Below are positions 49,619-57,933 of a stretch of 64,000 nt of DNA, one piece after another. Position 1 is the stretch's first letter; the number at the start of each line of letters is the position of its first letter. Under the pieces are notes generated by a model. The model was not told the DNA's origin and searched no databases. It was given only the letters and a program-made list of their open reading frames with translations. The stretch is from a bacterium (GTDB taxonomy: Bacteria > J088 > JAWLBW01): positions 1-64,000 of the forward strand of contig JAWLHK010000025.1 in assembly GCA_041690355.1 (NCBI GenBank), written 5' to 3'. The position numbers and the translations under genes are program-made.

Positions 49619-50239
49619 ATGGAAATTGTTGCCAACATGGTAGAACTTCGTTTTCCCGTGCGCGGGGACCGCATCCCCGTCGACCACGGGTATTCCCTAT
49701 ATTCGTCACTCGCCGACTGCCTTGAGCGGGCAGATTCCTGGGTCCATGAAGCAAACGATTTTGGTCTGCTTTTGGTCCGCGGCACGTACGATGGTAAGGG
49801 GGCACTCGCCCTCGGAGAGCAGTCATGGTTTGGCGTGCGAACGCCGGCGGACCGTATCGCTCGTTTTCTGCCGTTGGCCGGGAAACGCTTACGAATTCAG
49901 CAACACCCAATCGTCGTTGGGGTCCCTCGCACGGCTCTTCTGACTCCTGCATCGGAGGTGCGCGCACACATTGTCACGACTCGAAACGGGCACGAAGAGG
50001 AACGGTTCGATACAGAAATTCGTCGCCAGATGGATGACCTCGGGATTGTAGGACACATCGAACGCGGGCAGCGGCGTGTGTTTAAGGTTCATGGGAAAAA
50101 GGTCGTCGGCCACACGCTATTTGTTCGGGACTTGTCGCCTGAACACTCGCTCATACTCCAAGAGCGGGGTCTGGGGGGGCGGCGGAAGATGGGCTGCGGT
50201 GTGTTCACCCCGTACCGTCGGGAGGATCAGGAAGTATGA
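49619..50239 (+). CDS. cas6: Cas6 (MYXAN/Cmx6 type)
   Basis: L.FPV.G..IP.DHGY.LYS.L N-terminus; C-terminal Gly loop GLGGRRKMGCGVF. Confidence 0.93.
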   Translation: MEIVANMVELRFPVRGDRIPVDHGYSLYSSLADCLERADSWVHEANDFGLLLVRGTYDGKGALALGEQSWFGVRTPADRIARFLPLAGKRLRIQQHPIVVGVPRTALLTPASEVRAHIVTTRNGHEEERFDTEIRRQMDDLGIVGHIERGQRRVFKVHGKKVVGHTLFVRDLSPEHSLILQERGLGGRRKMGCGVFTPYRREDQEV

Positions 50240-52515
50240 CCCTCGTTGCCACCGACGCCGATGTCCTGTACGCCAAGCGCCCTACACGGGGCCGGTCTGT
50301 ACCAACGGTGTATCAACACGGGGCAGACGTGGCATCGGCAGCCAGAGCCATAATGGCTGCGATTCGAACACCGCTCAGGGAGACATTCGGATTATCAGAA
50401 GAAGAAGTAACCCGCTTGGAGCGTTTGCTCCAAATCGCCGCTTTGCTTCATGATATTGGCAAGGCCAACAGCGCGTTTCAAGACATGCTGCTTGGTCGAC
50501 TGGGCGAACGACGGCAACCGGTCCGCCATGAGGTGCTGGGTGCCATTCTCTGTTTTCAGGACGAAGTCTGGGGACGATGGTTTAAGTCCGTGTTCGCCGA
50601 AGAGGACTACTGGACCGTCTGCTGGGCGGTTGCCGGGCACCATCTGAAAGTTTCTCGGCATACGCAGGAAAGTCTGTTTCGTGTGGCAAATACGCCTGCG
50701 TACTTATCCATTTCCTTGGGTAGTGCTGATGTTCGACAGTTGCTCTTGGCCGTATTCGCCGCAGCCGGAAAACCGGTCGCCCGACCCCCGGAAATCGGTG
50801 ATCTGAAATTTGACCTTGACGAGTCTACGCTCGCATTGTCGATCGATGCCTTTGTCGCCGAGTCCGCCTCGGCGTGGCGGCGCTTGAAAGACGCGGAGAC
50901 ATTCCGGCGCGACCTTGCACTGCTGAAGGCGCTCTTGATCTCAGCCGATGTCGCCGGCTCTGCGCTGCCGGCCAAAGGGGAGCCCATTGAGCGCTGGATT
51001 GACCAGAGCCTCTCCCTCGACCTGGATGCGGCGGCTGCGAATCGAGTCGTCGAGAGTCGCCTCGCGGGTAAACGCCCACACAGATTTCAGGAAGAGGTTG
51101 CGGTCTCAGAGTCTACGGTCACGCTCGTTCTCGCGGGTTGCGGCAATGGGAAGACAACTGCCGCCTACATGTGGGCAAGACGGCAGGCGATGGGGCGTAA
51201 GCTGTTTTTTGCGTATCCGACCACAGGGACGGCGTCGGCGGGCTTCGACGACTATCTGGTTGGTGTCGATGAGATAGAGGCCGCGCTGATGCACAGCCGG
51301 TCAACCGTCGACCTGGAAGAAATGCTCGATGTCCCTGAGGCGGCGCGCGAAGAGGCGGCCAAAGAGGTGGTTGATCGGCTTCAAAGCATGCGCGCCTGGG
51401 ATCGGCAGGCCATTGTGTGCACCACAGACGCAGTTCTCGGCCTCGTACAAAACCAGCGCCGCTCTCTCTTTTCGTTCCCCTCCCTCGCAAAGGGGGCCTT
51501 CGTCTTTGATGAAATTCATAGCTACGATGCGCGTCTTTTTGAAGCGTTGCTCTCCTTTCTGGCGACCTTCAAGAATGCGCCCGTGCTGCTGATGACCGCC
51601 TCGTTACCGCCCAGTCGAATGAAGGCTTTACGCGAATGCCTTGGAGATCGCCTTCCTGGGCGGCCCATTACAGGTGAGCCGACACTGGAACGGCTTGAGC
51701 GCTACCGCATCACGTGGCGAGACACCAAGGAGATGTGCGTTGAGGAATGTGAGCAGGCTCTTGCACGTGGGGAGAAGGTGTTGTGGGTCTGCAACACGGT
51801 ATCGGAAGCAATCATGACTTACGATCGCCTGGCCCCTGTTGCCGAAATGTTGAAGGCTCGCACTTTTTTGTTCCATAGTCGTTTCCGATATGAAGATCGC
51901 ATGGTTCTGCAGAAGAACCTTCTTCGGGCGTTCGATGGGAATGGACCTCTCCTGGCCGTCACAACGCAGATTTGTGAGATGTCGCTCAATATCAGTTCCG
52001 AAACATTGATTTCTGCGTCGTGTCCCTTTCCCGCGTTGATTCAACGACTCGGGAGGCTGAATCGCTTTGCCACACAGAGTGACCCACGGCCTGCATATCT
52101 GTATCCGTTTCAGGGCAGACCCTATGACGAGCCTGAGGACGTGTTCCTGCGTGAAGAAGGCGAGAAGTTGATTCGAGCGCAAGCAGGCTCGCCGCTGTCC
52201 CAGCACGATCTCGCTCGCGCTCTCGATGGAATGGAGTGGACAGGCGGCGATGCCGACCTCTTTCGCCACCATGCGTGGCTAGACGGTGGGTGGGAAAGTG
52301 AGCCCCTCCCCCTCAGGGGTGGCGATAGCTCGGTGACCTTGGTGAGGGCAGAAGATATCCCGAGCCCTCTCGATGATACGCAATTGATACGAAGGACAAT
52401 TCCAATGCCGATACACAGAAAAATACAAGCTTACGAACGTATTGGCGGATACCTGATAGCACCAGCCGGCTCCATTCACTATTGTCCCGAGCGGGGGGCG
52501 ACATGGGCAGATTGA
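50236..52515 (+). CDS. cas3: Cas3 HD nuclease-helicase
   Basis: LLHDIGKAN, RHE, AGHH, SAD; GCGNGKT, YPT, FDEIH, MTAS, HSRF, QRLGRLNR. Confidence 0.96.
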   Translation: MTLVATDADVLYAKRPTRGRSVPTVYQHGADVASAARAIMAAIRTPLRETFGLSEEEVTRLERLLQIAALLHDIGKANSAFQDMLLGRLGERRQPVRHEVLGAILCFQDEVWGRWFKSVFAEEDYWTVCWAVAGHHLKVSRHTQESLFRVANTPAYLSISLGSADVRQLLLAVFAAAGKPVARPPEIGDLKFDLDESTLALSIDAFVAESASAWRRLKDAETFRRDLALLKALLISADVAGSALPAKGEPIERWIDQSLSLDLDAAAANRVVESRLAGKRPHRFQEEVAVSESTVTLVLAGCGNGKTTAAYMWARRQAMGRKLFFAYPTTGTASAGFDDYLVGVDEIEAALMHSRSTVDLEEMLDVPEAAREEAAKEVVDRLQSMRAWDRQAIVCTTDAVLGLVQNQRRSLFSFPSLAKGAFVFDEIHSYDARLFEALLSFLATFKNAPVLLMTASLPPSRMKALRECLGDRLPGRPITGEPTLERLERYRITWRDTKEMCVEECEQALARGEKVLWVCNTVSEAIMTYDRLAPVAEMLKARTFLFHSRFRYEDRMVLQKNLLRAFDGNGPLLAVTTQICEMSLNISSETLISASCPFPALIQRLGRLNRFATQSDPRPAYLYPFQGRPYDEPEDVFLREEGEKLIRAQAGSPLSQHDLARALDGMEWTGGDADLFRHHAWLDGGWESEPLPLRGGDSSVTLVRAEDIPSPLDDTQLIRRTIPMPIHRKIQAYERIGGYLIAPAGSIHYCPERGATWAD

Positions 52516-54155
52516 CCGAAGGTATGACCTGGAGGCTGAGCGATCCGGGAATGGGGATTATGGAACGGGCTGGCCTTGCGGCGCTCTATCTTTCCTTGCA
52601 AGCCGCCAGAGAGCACGACATAGACCTTTCGCCTTTGGTATGGGAGAAAGGCGATCTCACTTCCGAAAGCGTTACCATTCGATCGATCGGAAGTGACGAA
52701 GACGCGCTCCTCGCCCTTTTCCGATGGGCCTGGCAGGTTCGCGAAGGGGTTCTTTACCTTCCGGCCCTGCATGATGAGCGTGAACGCGACAATCTGCATG
52801 TGAGGCTCGCGCACCATAACGGCATCCTCTCGACCTTTCTTCAACATCCCAAGGTTCAGCCCAAGGGGGCGCCGGAGCGGCGATTCGTTGTGCTGGATGA
52901 AGGAAAGGAAATTCCGGTCGGTTATCAGACCCTTGATCCGGCAAGGCTCAAGCCGATCGCGGACATTGGCGGATTAACGCGCAAAGGAAGCCTGGTCGAA
53001 AAGTCAATCGAACTGTCCGGCTGGGTCTTTCCGGGAATCGCCCCGCGCTATGCAACGGAAAAAGCCTGGATGGGTCCGCCGCAAATTGCCATCCTTCTTA
53101 TGCTTGCGCCTATCGCATGTGTTTATCATCCGCTGGCTTCCGATCGGTCAAGCTGGCTGACGGTGATCCCCGACGTGGTCGATCTGCGAGCCTTTCAGGA
53201 ACGGAGGGTACTCCTGCAGAATGCGTTGAAGGCGGAGATGACCCAGGTCGCCGGCATGAGTGACGCCGGTCTTCGTGTCTTGTCAGAGATGATTGCAGAC
53301 CAGACGATCCGCCTGCCAGTTGCGGGCTGTCGTGTAGTTGCGATGGGCAATGTCACGTACTACCCGAATCAGAAGGTGCGAAAAGGGGTCGTGAATCTCA
53401 CACCGCGCCGCGCGACGCTTGCTCGTTATCGAAAGGTTGTGCGCGTGATGGGAAACCACTGGGTCGCTCTTAAGCCCCCCGAGCCCAAGAAGGCCTCGAA
53501 AGGGCGAAAGCCGAAACCGGGCGGCACCGAAATAGAAAGGCTCGCGACCCACTTTGTCGCCATACCCGCGGGGCGTGGCCGGATTGCAGAGAACCTGGCA
53601 ACGGGCCAGCCGTGGTTCCAACACCTCTTTGAGCCGATGCCGTGGGAGAAAAAACGAATTCTGGATAGAAAACTTGGTGAGTCGGTGCAGAGCACCTGGT
53701 TTCGCCAGCTTTCAATGCAGCGAAAAAGACTTCATGAACTTTGTGAGGAGGCGTCCATGTGGGATAGCGATGAAGACCGTCAATTTGTCGAAGCGTTCTG
53801 GCAGAACCTTCGGGCACTTTATGCGCGGGAGGCCAGTGCGGTTGCAGATCGGGGCGGGTCGCGTGACCCGAGAAAACGATGGCAGCAGCTCAATGAAGAG
53901 TTACGTCGGCTGCTTGCGCGTGCTACAACGCGCAATCAGGTCAGACAGGTGCTTGCGGATATCTTCTCGCGCCCGGCCGGTCGGTTCCGCTCCAAGGTGC
54001 TGTCGGAGAATCCTGGGGCTGTCTGGCGCCTCATTGACGCCGATTGGCAGCGGGGCCGGGATCTTGCCTTGCTTGCCCTTGTGAGTTACCAGAGCGCTGA
54101 ATCGGACGAGCTAGCGCTTGAGCAGGAAACCATTCTGGAAGGAGAGACCGTATGA
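52503..54155 (+). CDS. cas8: Cas8 large subunit (Cmx8/DevT-like, type I-B MYXAN)
   Basis: L.DPGM...ERAGLAAL N-terminus, H.GIL.TFLQH, C-terminal RDLALLALVSY; sits between cas3 and cas7. Confidence 0.88.
   Translation: MGRLTEGMTWRLSDPGMGIMERAGLAALYLSLQAAREHDIDLSPLVWEKGDLTSESVTIRSIGSDEDALLALFRWAWQVREGVLYLPALHDERERDNLHVRLAHHNGILSTFLQHPKVQPKGAPERRFVVLDEGKEIPVGYQTLDPARLKPIADIGGLTRKGSLVEKSIELSGWVFPGIAPRYATEKAWMGPPQIAILLMLAPIACVYHPLASDRSSWLTVIPDVVDLRAFQERRVLLQNALKAEMTQVAGMSDAGLRVLSEMIADQTIRLPVAGCRVVAMGNVTYYPNQKVRKGVVNLTPRRATLARYRKVVRVMGNHWVALKPPEPKKASKGRKPKPGGTEIERLATHFVAIPAGRGRIAENLATGQPWFQHLFEPMPWEKKRILDRKLGESVQSTWFRQLSMQRKRLHELCEEASMWDSDEDRQFVEAFWQNLRALYAREASAVADRGGSRDPRKRWQQLNEELRRLLARATTRNQVRQVLADIFSRPAGRFRSKVLSENPGAVWRLIDADWQRGRDLALLALVSYQSAESDELALEQETILEGETV
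53757..54155 (+). CDS. cas11: Putative Cas11 small subunit from an in-frame internal start in cas8 (132 aa)
   Basis: GAGGAGG at 53745-53751, 5 nt before an in-frame ATG (MWDSDEDRQFVEAFW...). Confidence 0.7.
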   Translation: MWDSDEDRQFVEAFWQNLRALYAREASAVADRGGSRDPRKRWQQLNEELRRLLARATTRNQVRQVLADIFSRPAGRFRSKVLSENPGAVWRLIDADWQRGRDLALLALVSYQSAESDELALEQETILEGETV

Positions 54156-55027
54156 CGATGCATATTTTCGGTACCGTTTTGACCGCACGCGGCGTAGCCG
54201 CCAACAACCGGGGCGAGAACGAAGGGTCGATGACTACGCTGCAGAAGGTGGTGCGTGGGGGCAATCTTCACACGACCGTAAGCAGCGAGGCAGTTCGGTA
54301 TGCCATTCGTGAGCTGTGGGGGCAGGACGGGGACCTGGAAACCAACCGCAAGGTCTCCCATCGCGGCAACGAATGGGCCGATAAGGACTTTGGCAAGGGG
54401 TGGGAGAAGTTTATCGATAATGACGTTCTCGGTTTCATGCATGCGAAGAAGGAAACGGTCAGCCGACGCGGCATTCTTGAAATCGGCCGTGCAGTCAGCA
54501 CTACGCCATGGCCGGGGACCATTGCTGCCAACTTTGCTTCGCCCGGCGCGAACCCGAGCGTCAGTCACAACGATCCCGTCCCTTATGCCGGTGAAATTCA
54601 CGATACGCGCTACCAGTTTTCCTTCGCCATGACCCCTGACGCCCTCGAAGGCGAAAATAAGCTGGCCCGCACAGAGGCAACATTGCGTGCCCTTCAGTCG
54701 CTGCGGCGTGTCGGCGGCAATCACGGGCGGTACCTTTATGATTTTTCCCCGGAATCGGTGGTGTTTCGGGTCACGCAGGATCCGGCCCCGCGCATCATGT
54801 TCGTTTTCGAGGAGGGGGATAATGGCGAACTTTCCCTGTTGAAACTGGGTCGACGCCTGGAAGGGACCGAGCCGGACATTCGCCCGGAAGAACTGATCGT
54901 GGGCACGCTTCTTGATGATATTCAGGGGCTTGATGAGTTGCGGAAAAAGGGCGTGACCGTTCTGCCCGGGATTAAGGCCGCCGTCTCGGAGGTCCTTCAG
55001 CGACTGGGGGGCGCACTTGCAGCATGA
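54152..55027 (+). CDS. cas7: Cas7 (DevR/Cst2 family)
   Basis: AANNRGENEG....LQK, TTVS.EA.RYA.R, D.DVLGFM, VGGNH.R.LYDFSP.S. Confidence 0.93.
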   Translation: MTMHIFGTVLTARGVAANNRGENEGSMTTLQKVVRGGNLHTTVSSEAVRYAIRELWGQDGDLETNRKVSHRGNEWADKDFGKGWEKFIDNDVLGFMHAKKETVSRRGILEIGRAVSTTPWPGTIAANFASPGANPSVSHNDPVPYAGEIHDTRYQFSFAMTPDALEGENKLARTEATLRALQSLRRVGGNHGRYLYDFSPESVVFRVTQDPAPRIMFVFEEGDNGELSLLKLGRRLEGTEPDIRPEELIVGTLLDDIQGLDELRKKGVTVLPGIKAAVSEVLQRLGGALAA

Positions 55028-55644
55028 GTGAGCAGGTCAATTGGTCGCTACGCGTGCATGTTCCGGTGTGCTCGTTTCGACCGTTCGAGTCGAGGGAGTA
55101 CCAGGATACATACGCCGTACCCCCTCTCTCTACGATCTACGGGATGTTGCTTTCGTATTGCGGTATTCCCCGGGAAGAGCGAACTGTGCATAAAGGTGCT
55201 GCACTCGCTCTCGGCTTGGAGGGCATTACTGATCAGGCAAGCGTATTCCGAAAACTCCGGCGAGGGAAAGAACTCGAAACGGTTCGCCCGGACTACCAAG
55301 ATCTGCTTCTCGGCCTCACTTGCAGAATCTGGGTCTCACAGGGGAACGAAAAGGGAACCCCACCGTTGGTTGAGCGCTTGGATCGGGCGATGCGCAATCC
55401 TGGTTCCATACGGCGGGCGGGAGGGCTGTCGTTAGGCGAAAGCAGTTTCCTGGTCGACACCTTCACGCGGGCGCCCGGCCTGCCTGACGAAGAATTCCAG
55501 TTTCTTTGTCGGGATGACGCAGGGTTCGTGCAGTTGCCGCTCTGGGTCGATCATGATCAGAACCATCGAACCACAGGTCGATTCTCGCTGGTTTCGGGCA
55601 AGGCCAATGTGTTGCTGGACCGCTCGTGGATTCGTGTCGAATAA
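55024..55644 (+). CDS. cas5: Cas5 (DevS/Cmx5)
   Basis: VP..SFR....REY..TY.VPP.ST.YGMLLS..G; GLSLGESS.LV; LP.WVDH. Confidence 0.92.
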   Translation: MSEQVNWSLRVHVPVCSFRPFESREYQDTYAVPPLSTIYGMLLSYCGIPREERTVHKGAALALGLEGITDQASVFRKLRRGKELETVRPDYQDLLLGLTCRIWVSQGNEKGTPPLVERLDRAMRNPGSIRRAGGLSLGESSFLVDTFTRAPGLPDEEFQFLCRDDAGFVQLPLWVDHDQNHRTTGRFSLVSGKANVLLDRSWIRVE

Positions 55645-55748
55645 CGGCGTAGAGATACGTCTCTGTATACCCCTTGACAGATTCGTAGGAATATAATAGC
55701 GATAGGGAGGTGTCGATAGCCAAGTTAACCTAGATATCTGAGGAAGCC

Positions 55749-57383
55749 ATGCAACAGGTAGAGCAGGAGCCGCTGCTTCGTGTGATGGCGTTACATGCGC
55801 TCGCGTATTGCGAGCGTTTGTTTTTTCTGGAAGAGGTTGAAGAGATTCGGATAGCTGACGACCGTGTGTATTCTGGGCGGCGTCTGCACGAAACGATCCC
55901 CGAGGGCGAAGGAGAGTGGCAGTCGTTGGTTCTCGAGAGTGACCGATGGGGCATTCGGGGAAAAATCGATTTTGTCCGATATCGCGACGGAATGATGATT
56001 CCCTACGAGCACAAACGAGGGCGCTCCTGCAGCGGTGAGGCGTGGTCTTCTGACCGACTTCAGATCATTGCGTATGCCGCGCTGCTCGCGGAGCATTCGG
56101 GGCACAAGATTGAAGAGGGGCGGGTACGCTACCACGGGGATAATCGGACTGCCTACGTATCTGTCGATAGCGAAGCGCTGAGCTGGATGCAGACAATGAT
56201 TGGCCGCGGTCGAGAGCTTGCTCGGTCGGTACATCGCCCTCAGGTGGCCGAGAACGAAAACCTTTGCGCGCACTGTTCGTTGGCGCCTGTATGCCTTCCT
56301 GAGGAAGAACGTTTCATGCGGGCACAGGAAATGGATAGCGTCTACGAACCAGAACGGATTTTTCCGCCTGACGACGAGCGTAAGATTGTTCACGTAGTCG
56401 GCCACGGAACACGGGTGGGCAAATCCGGCGAGCAGTTTGTGATACAACCCCGAGAAGGAGATAAGAAAAAGTTTCCTGGACACGATGTGTCGGCTATCGT
56501 ACTGCATGGAAATGCACAGCTGACCACGCAGGCGCTTCATTTTGCCGCGGCCAACGGCGTCGGTGTGCATTGGATATCGACGGGAGGCAACTACGTCTCA
56601 GGGCTTGCGCCGGCAGGAGGTGTCCAGCGTAGACATCGCCAATTCCGAGCCCTGTCCGATAGTGGGTTCTGCTTGGCCCTTGCAAGAAAGCAGGCCGAGG
56701 CTAAGGTAGAGAATCAGTCGAGGTTCGTCTGGCGCAGTGCCCGGGGCAAAGCTGTTGAAGCCGAGCTCGCCCCGCTGGTCGAAGGAATGCGTCAGGAGCA
56801 GAGAACTCTGGCGCGGGCGTGCAGTGCCGATCAGATCCGAGGCCATGAAGGCCGGGCCGGGCGGCTGTATTTTGAAGCGCTGTCACTTCTCGTCAGCGAT
56901 GATACGCCACTCATGTTGTTTTCGGGCCGTAACCGTCGGCCTCCGAAGGATCCCTTCAATGCCGCGTTGAGTTTTGGCTATAGTCTCCTATATCGAGACG
57001 TTATGGGCGCAATCGTCTCGGTTGGTCTTGACCCAGCGTTTGGGTTCTTACATACGCCACGCAGCTCGGCGTATCCCCTTGCGCTCGACCTTATGGAGCT
57101 GTTTCGTACCACGCTCGTTGATATGCCGCTTCTTGCGTCCGTGAATAGAAATCAGTGGCGCGAGGAGCACTTCAGCCGAACCAGGGAACAGGTATGGTTG
57201 ACTGAGGATGGAAGAAAGCTTGCCATCTCACTCTATGAGATGAGAAAGCAGGAGTCGTGGAAGCACCCTGTTCTCCAGTATTCGTTGAGTTACGCGCGTG
57301 CAATTGAGTTGGAGGTTCGGCTGCTGGAGAAAGAATGGTCCGGAACGCCCGGTCTTTTCGGGCAACTTCGACTGCGCGGTTAG
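55749..57383 (+). CDS. cas1: Cas4-Cas1 fusion (MYXAN type)
   Basis: Cas4: YCERLF, GKID, EHKRG, Q..AYA, C..CSL..VC. Cas1: G.EG, RNRRPPKDPFNA.LSFGY, GFLH, LALDLMELFR. Confidence 0.95.
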   Translation: MQQVEQEPLLRVMALHALAYCERLFFLEEVEEIRIADDRVYSGRRLHETIPEGEGEWQSLVLESDRWGIRGKIDFVRYRDGMMIPYEHKRGRSCSGEAWSSDRLQIIAYAALLAEHSGHKIEEGRVRYHGDNRTAYVSVDSEALSWMQTMIGRGRELARSVHRPQVAENENLCAHCSLAPVCLPEEERFMRAQEMDSVYEPERIFPPDDERKIVHVVGHGTRVGKSGEQFVIQPREGDKKKFPGHDVSAIVLHGNAQLTTQALHFAAANGVGVHWISTGGNYVSGLAPAGGVQRRHRQFRALSDSGFCLALARKQAEAKVENQSRFVWRSARGKAVEAELAPLVEGMRQEQRTLARACSADQIRGHEGRAGRLYFEALSLLVSDDTPLMLFSGRNRRPPKDPFNAALSFGYSLLYRDVMGAIVSVGLDPAFGFLHTPRSSAYPLALDLMELFRTTLVDMPLLASVNRNQWREEHFSRTREQVWLTEDGRKLAISLYEMRKQESWKHPVLQYSLSYARAIELEVRLLEKEWSGTPGLFGQLRLRG

Positions 57384-57393
57384 GGAGGGGGAT

Positions 57394-57684
57394 ATGGCGG
57401 AGAAGCGCTGGTACTTGTTGACGTATGACATCCGAGAGCCAAAGCGATGGCGAAAGGTTTACCAGAAGCTATCTGGCCGCGGCGATCGTTTACAGTATTC
57501 GGTATTCCGTTGCTGGATGACCAAGACCGAGTTGGAGCGCCTGCGATGGGAACTGGAACGCATTCTTACAGATGAGGATGATCTCCTTGTGGTTCACCTC
57601 TGTCCAGGCTGTGCGTCGCGGGTTGACGCACGCGGTAAGCTGGAAGAAAAGCTCCCGGTACGAAATCGGGTCGAAATCGTTTGA
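57394..57684 (+). CDS. cas2: Cas2
   Basis: YL..YDIR.PKRWRK, G.RLQYSVF; GGAGG SD. Confidence 0.95.
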   Translation: MAEKRWYLLTYDIREPKRWRKVYQKLSGRGDRLQYSVFRCWMTKTELERLRWELERILTDEDDLLVVHLCPGCASRVDARGKLEEKLPVRNRVEIV

Positions 57685-57933
57685 TGCCGCATCCTTCATG
57701 GATCGTTGTGTGGCTCTTAGCTTAGCGGGAACTGTCGATTGTCAACTCTAGGAAAATACTAGGGAAAATGGATGTTGAGTTGACAATGTGATCCATGAGG
57801 ATGCTAAACCCATGTTATGGCAAGAGAAACTTTGTCACAATGTCTACCGCGCCAGCAAATCGACGGCTTGAACTCGGAATCCATGTAGATGCCGAGAAAA
57901 AAGAAAGATATATCATGGGTTTGCTAGCTGGCT
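57685..57933 (+). promoter_or_regulatory. CRISPR leader
   Basis: AT-rich non-coding segment between cas2 and the first repeat. Confidence 0.8.
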
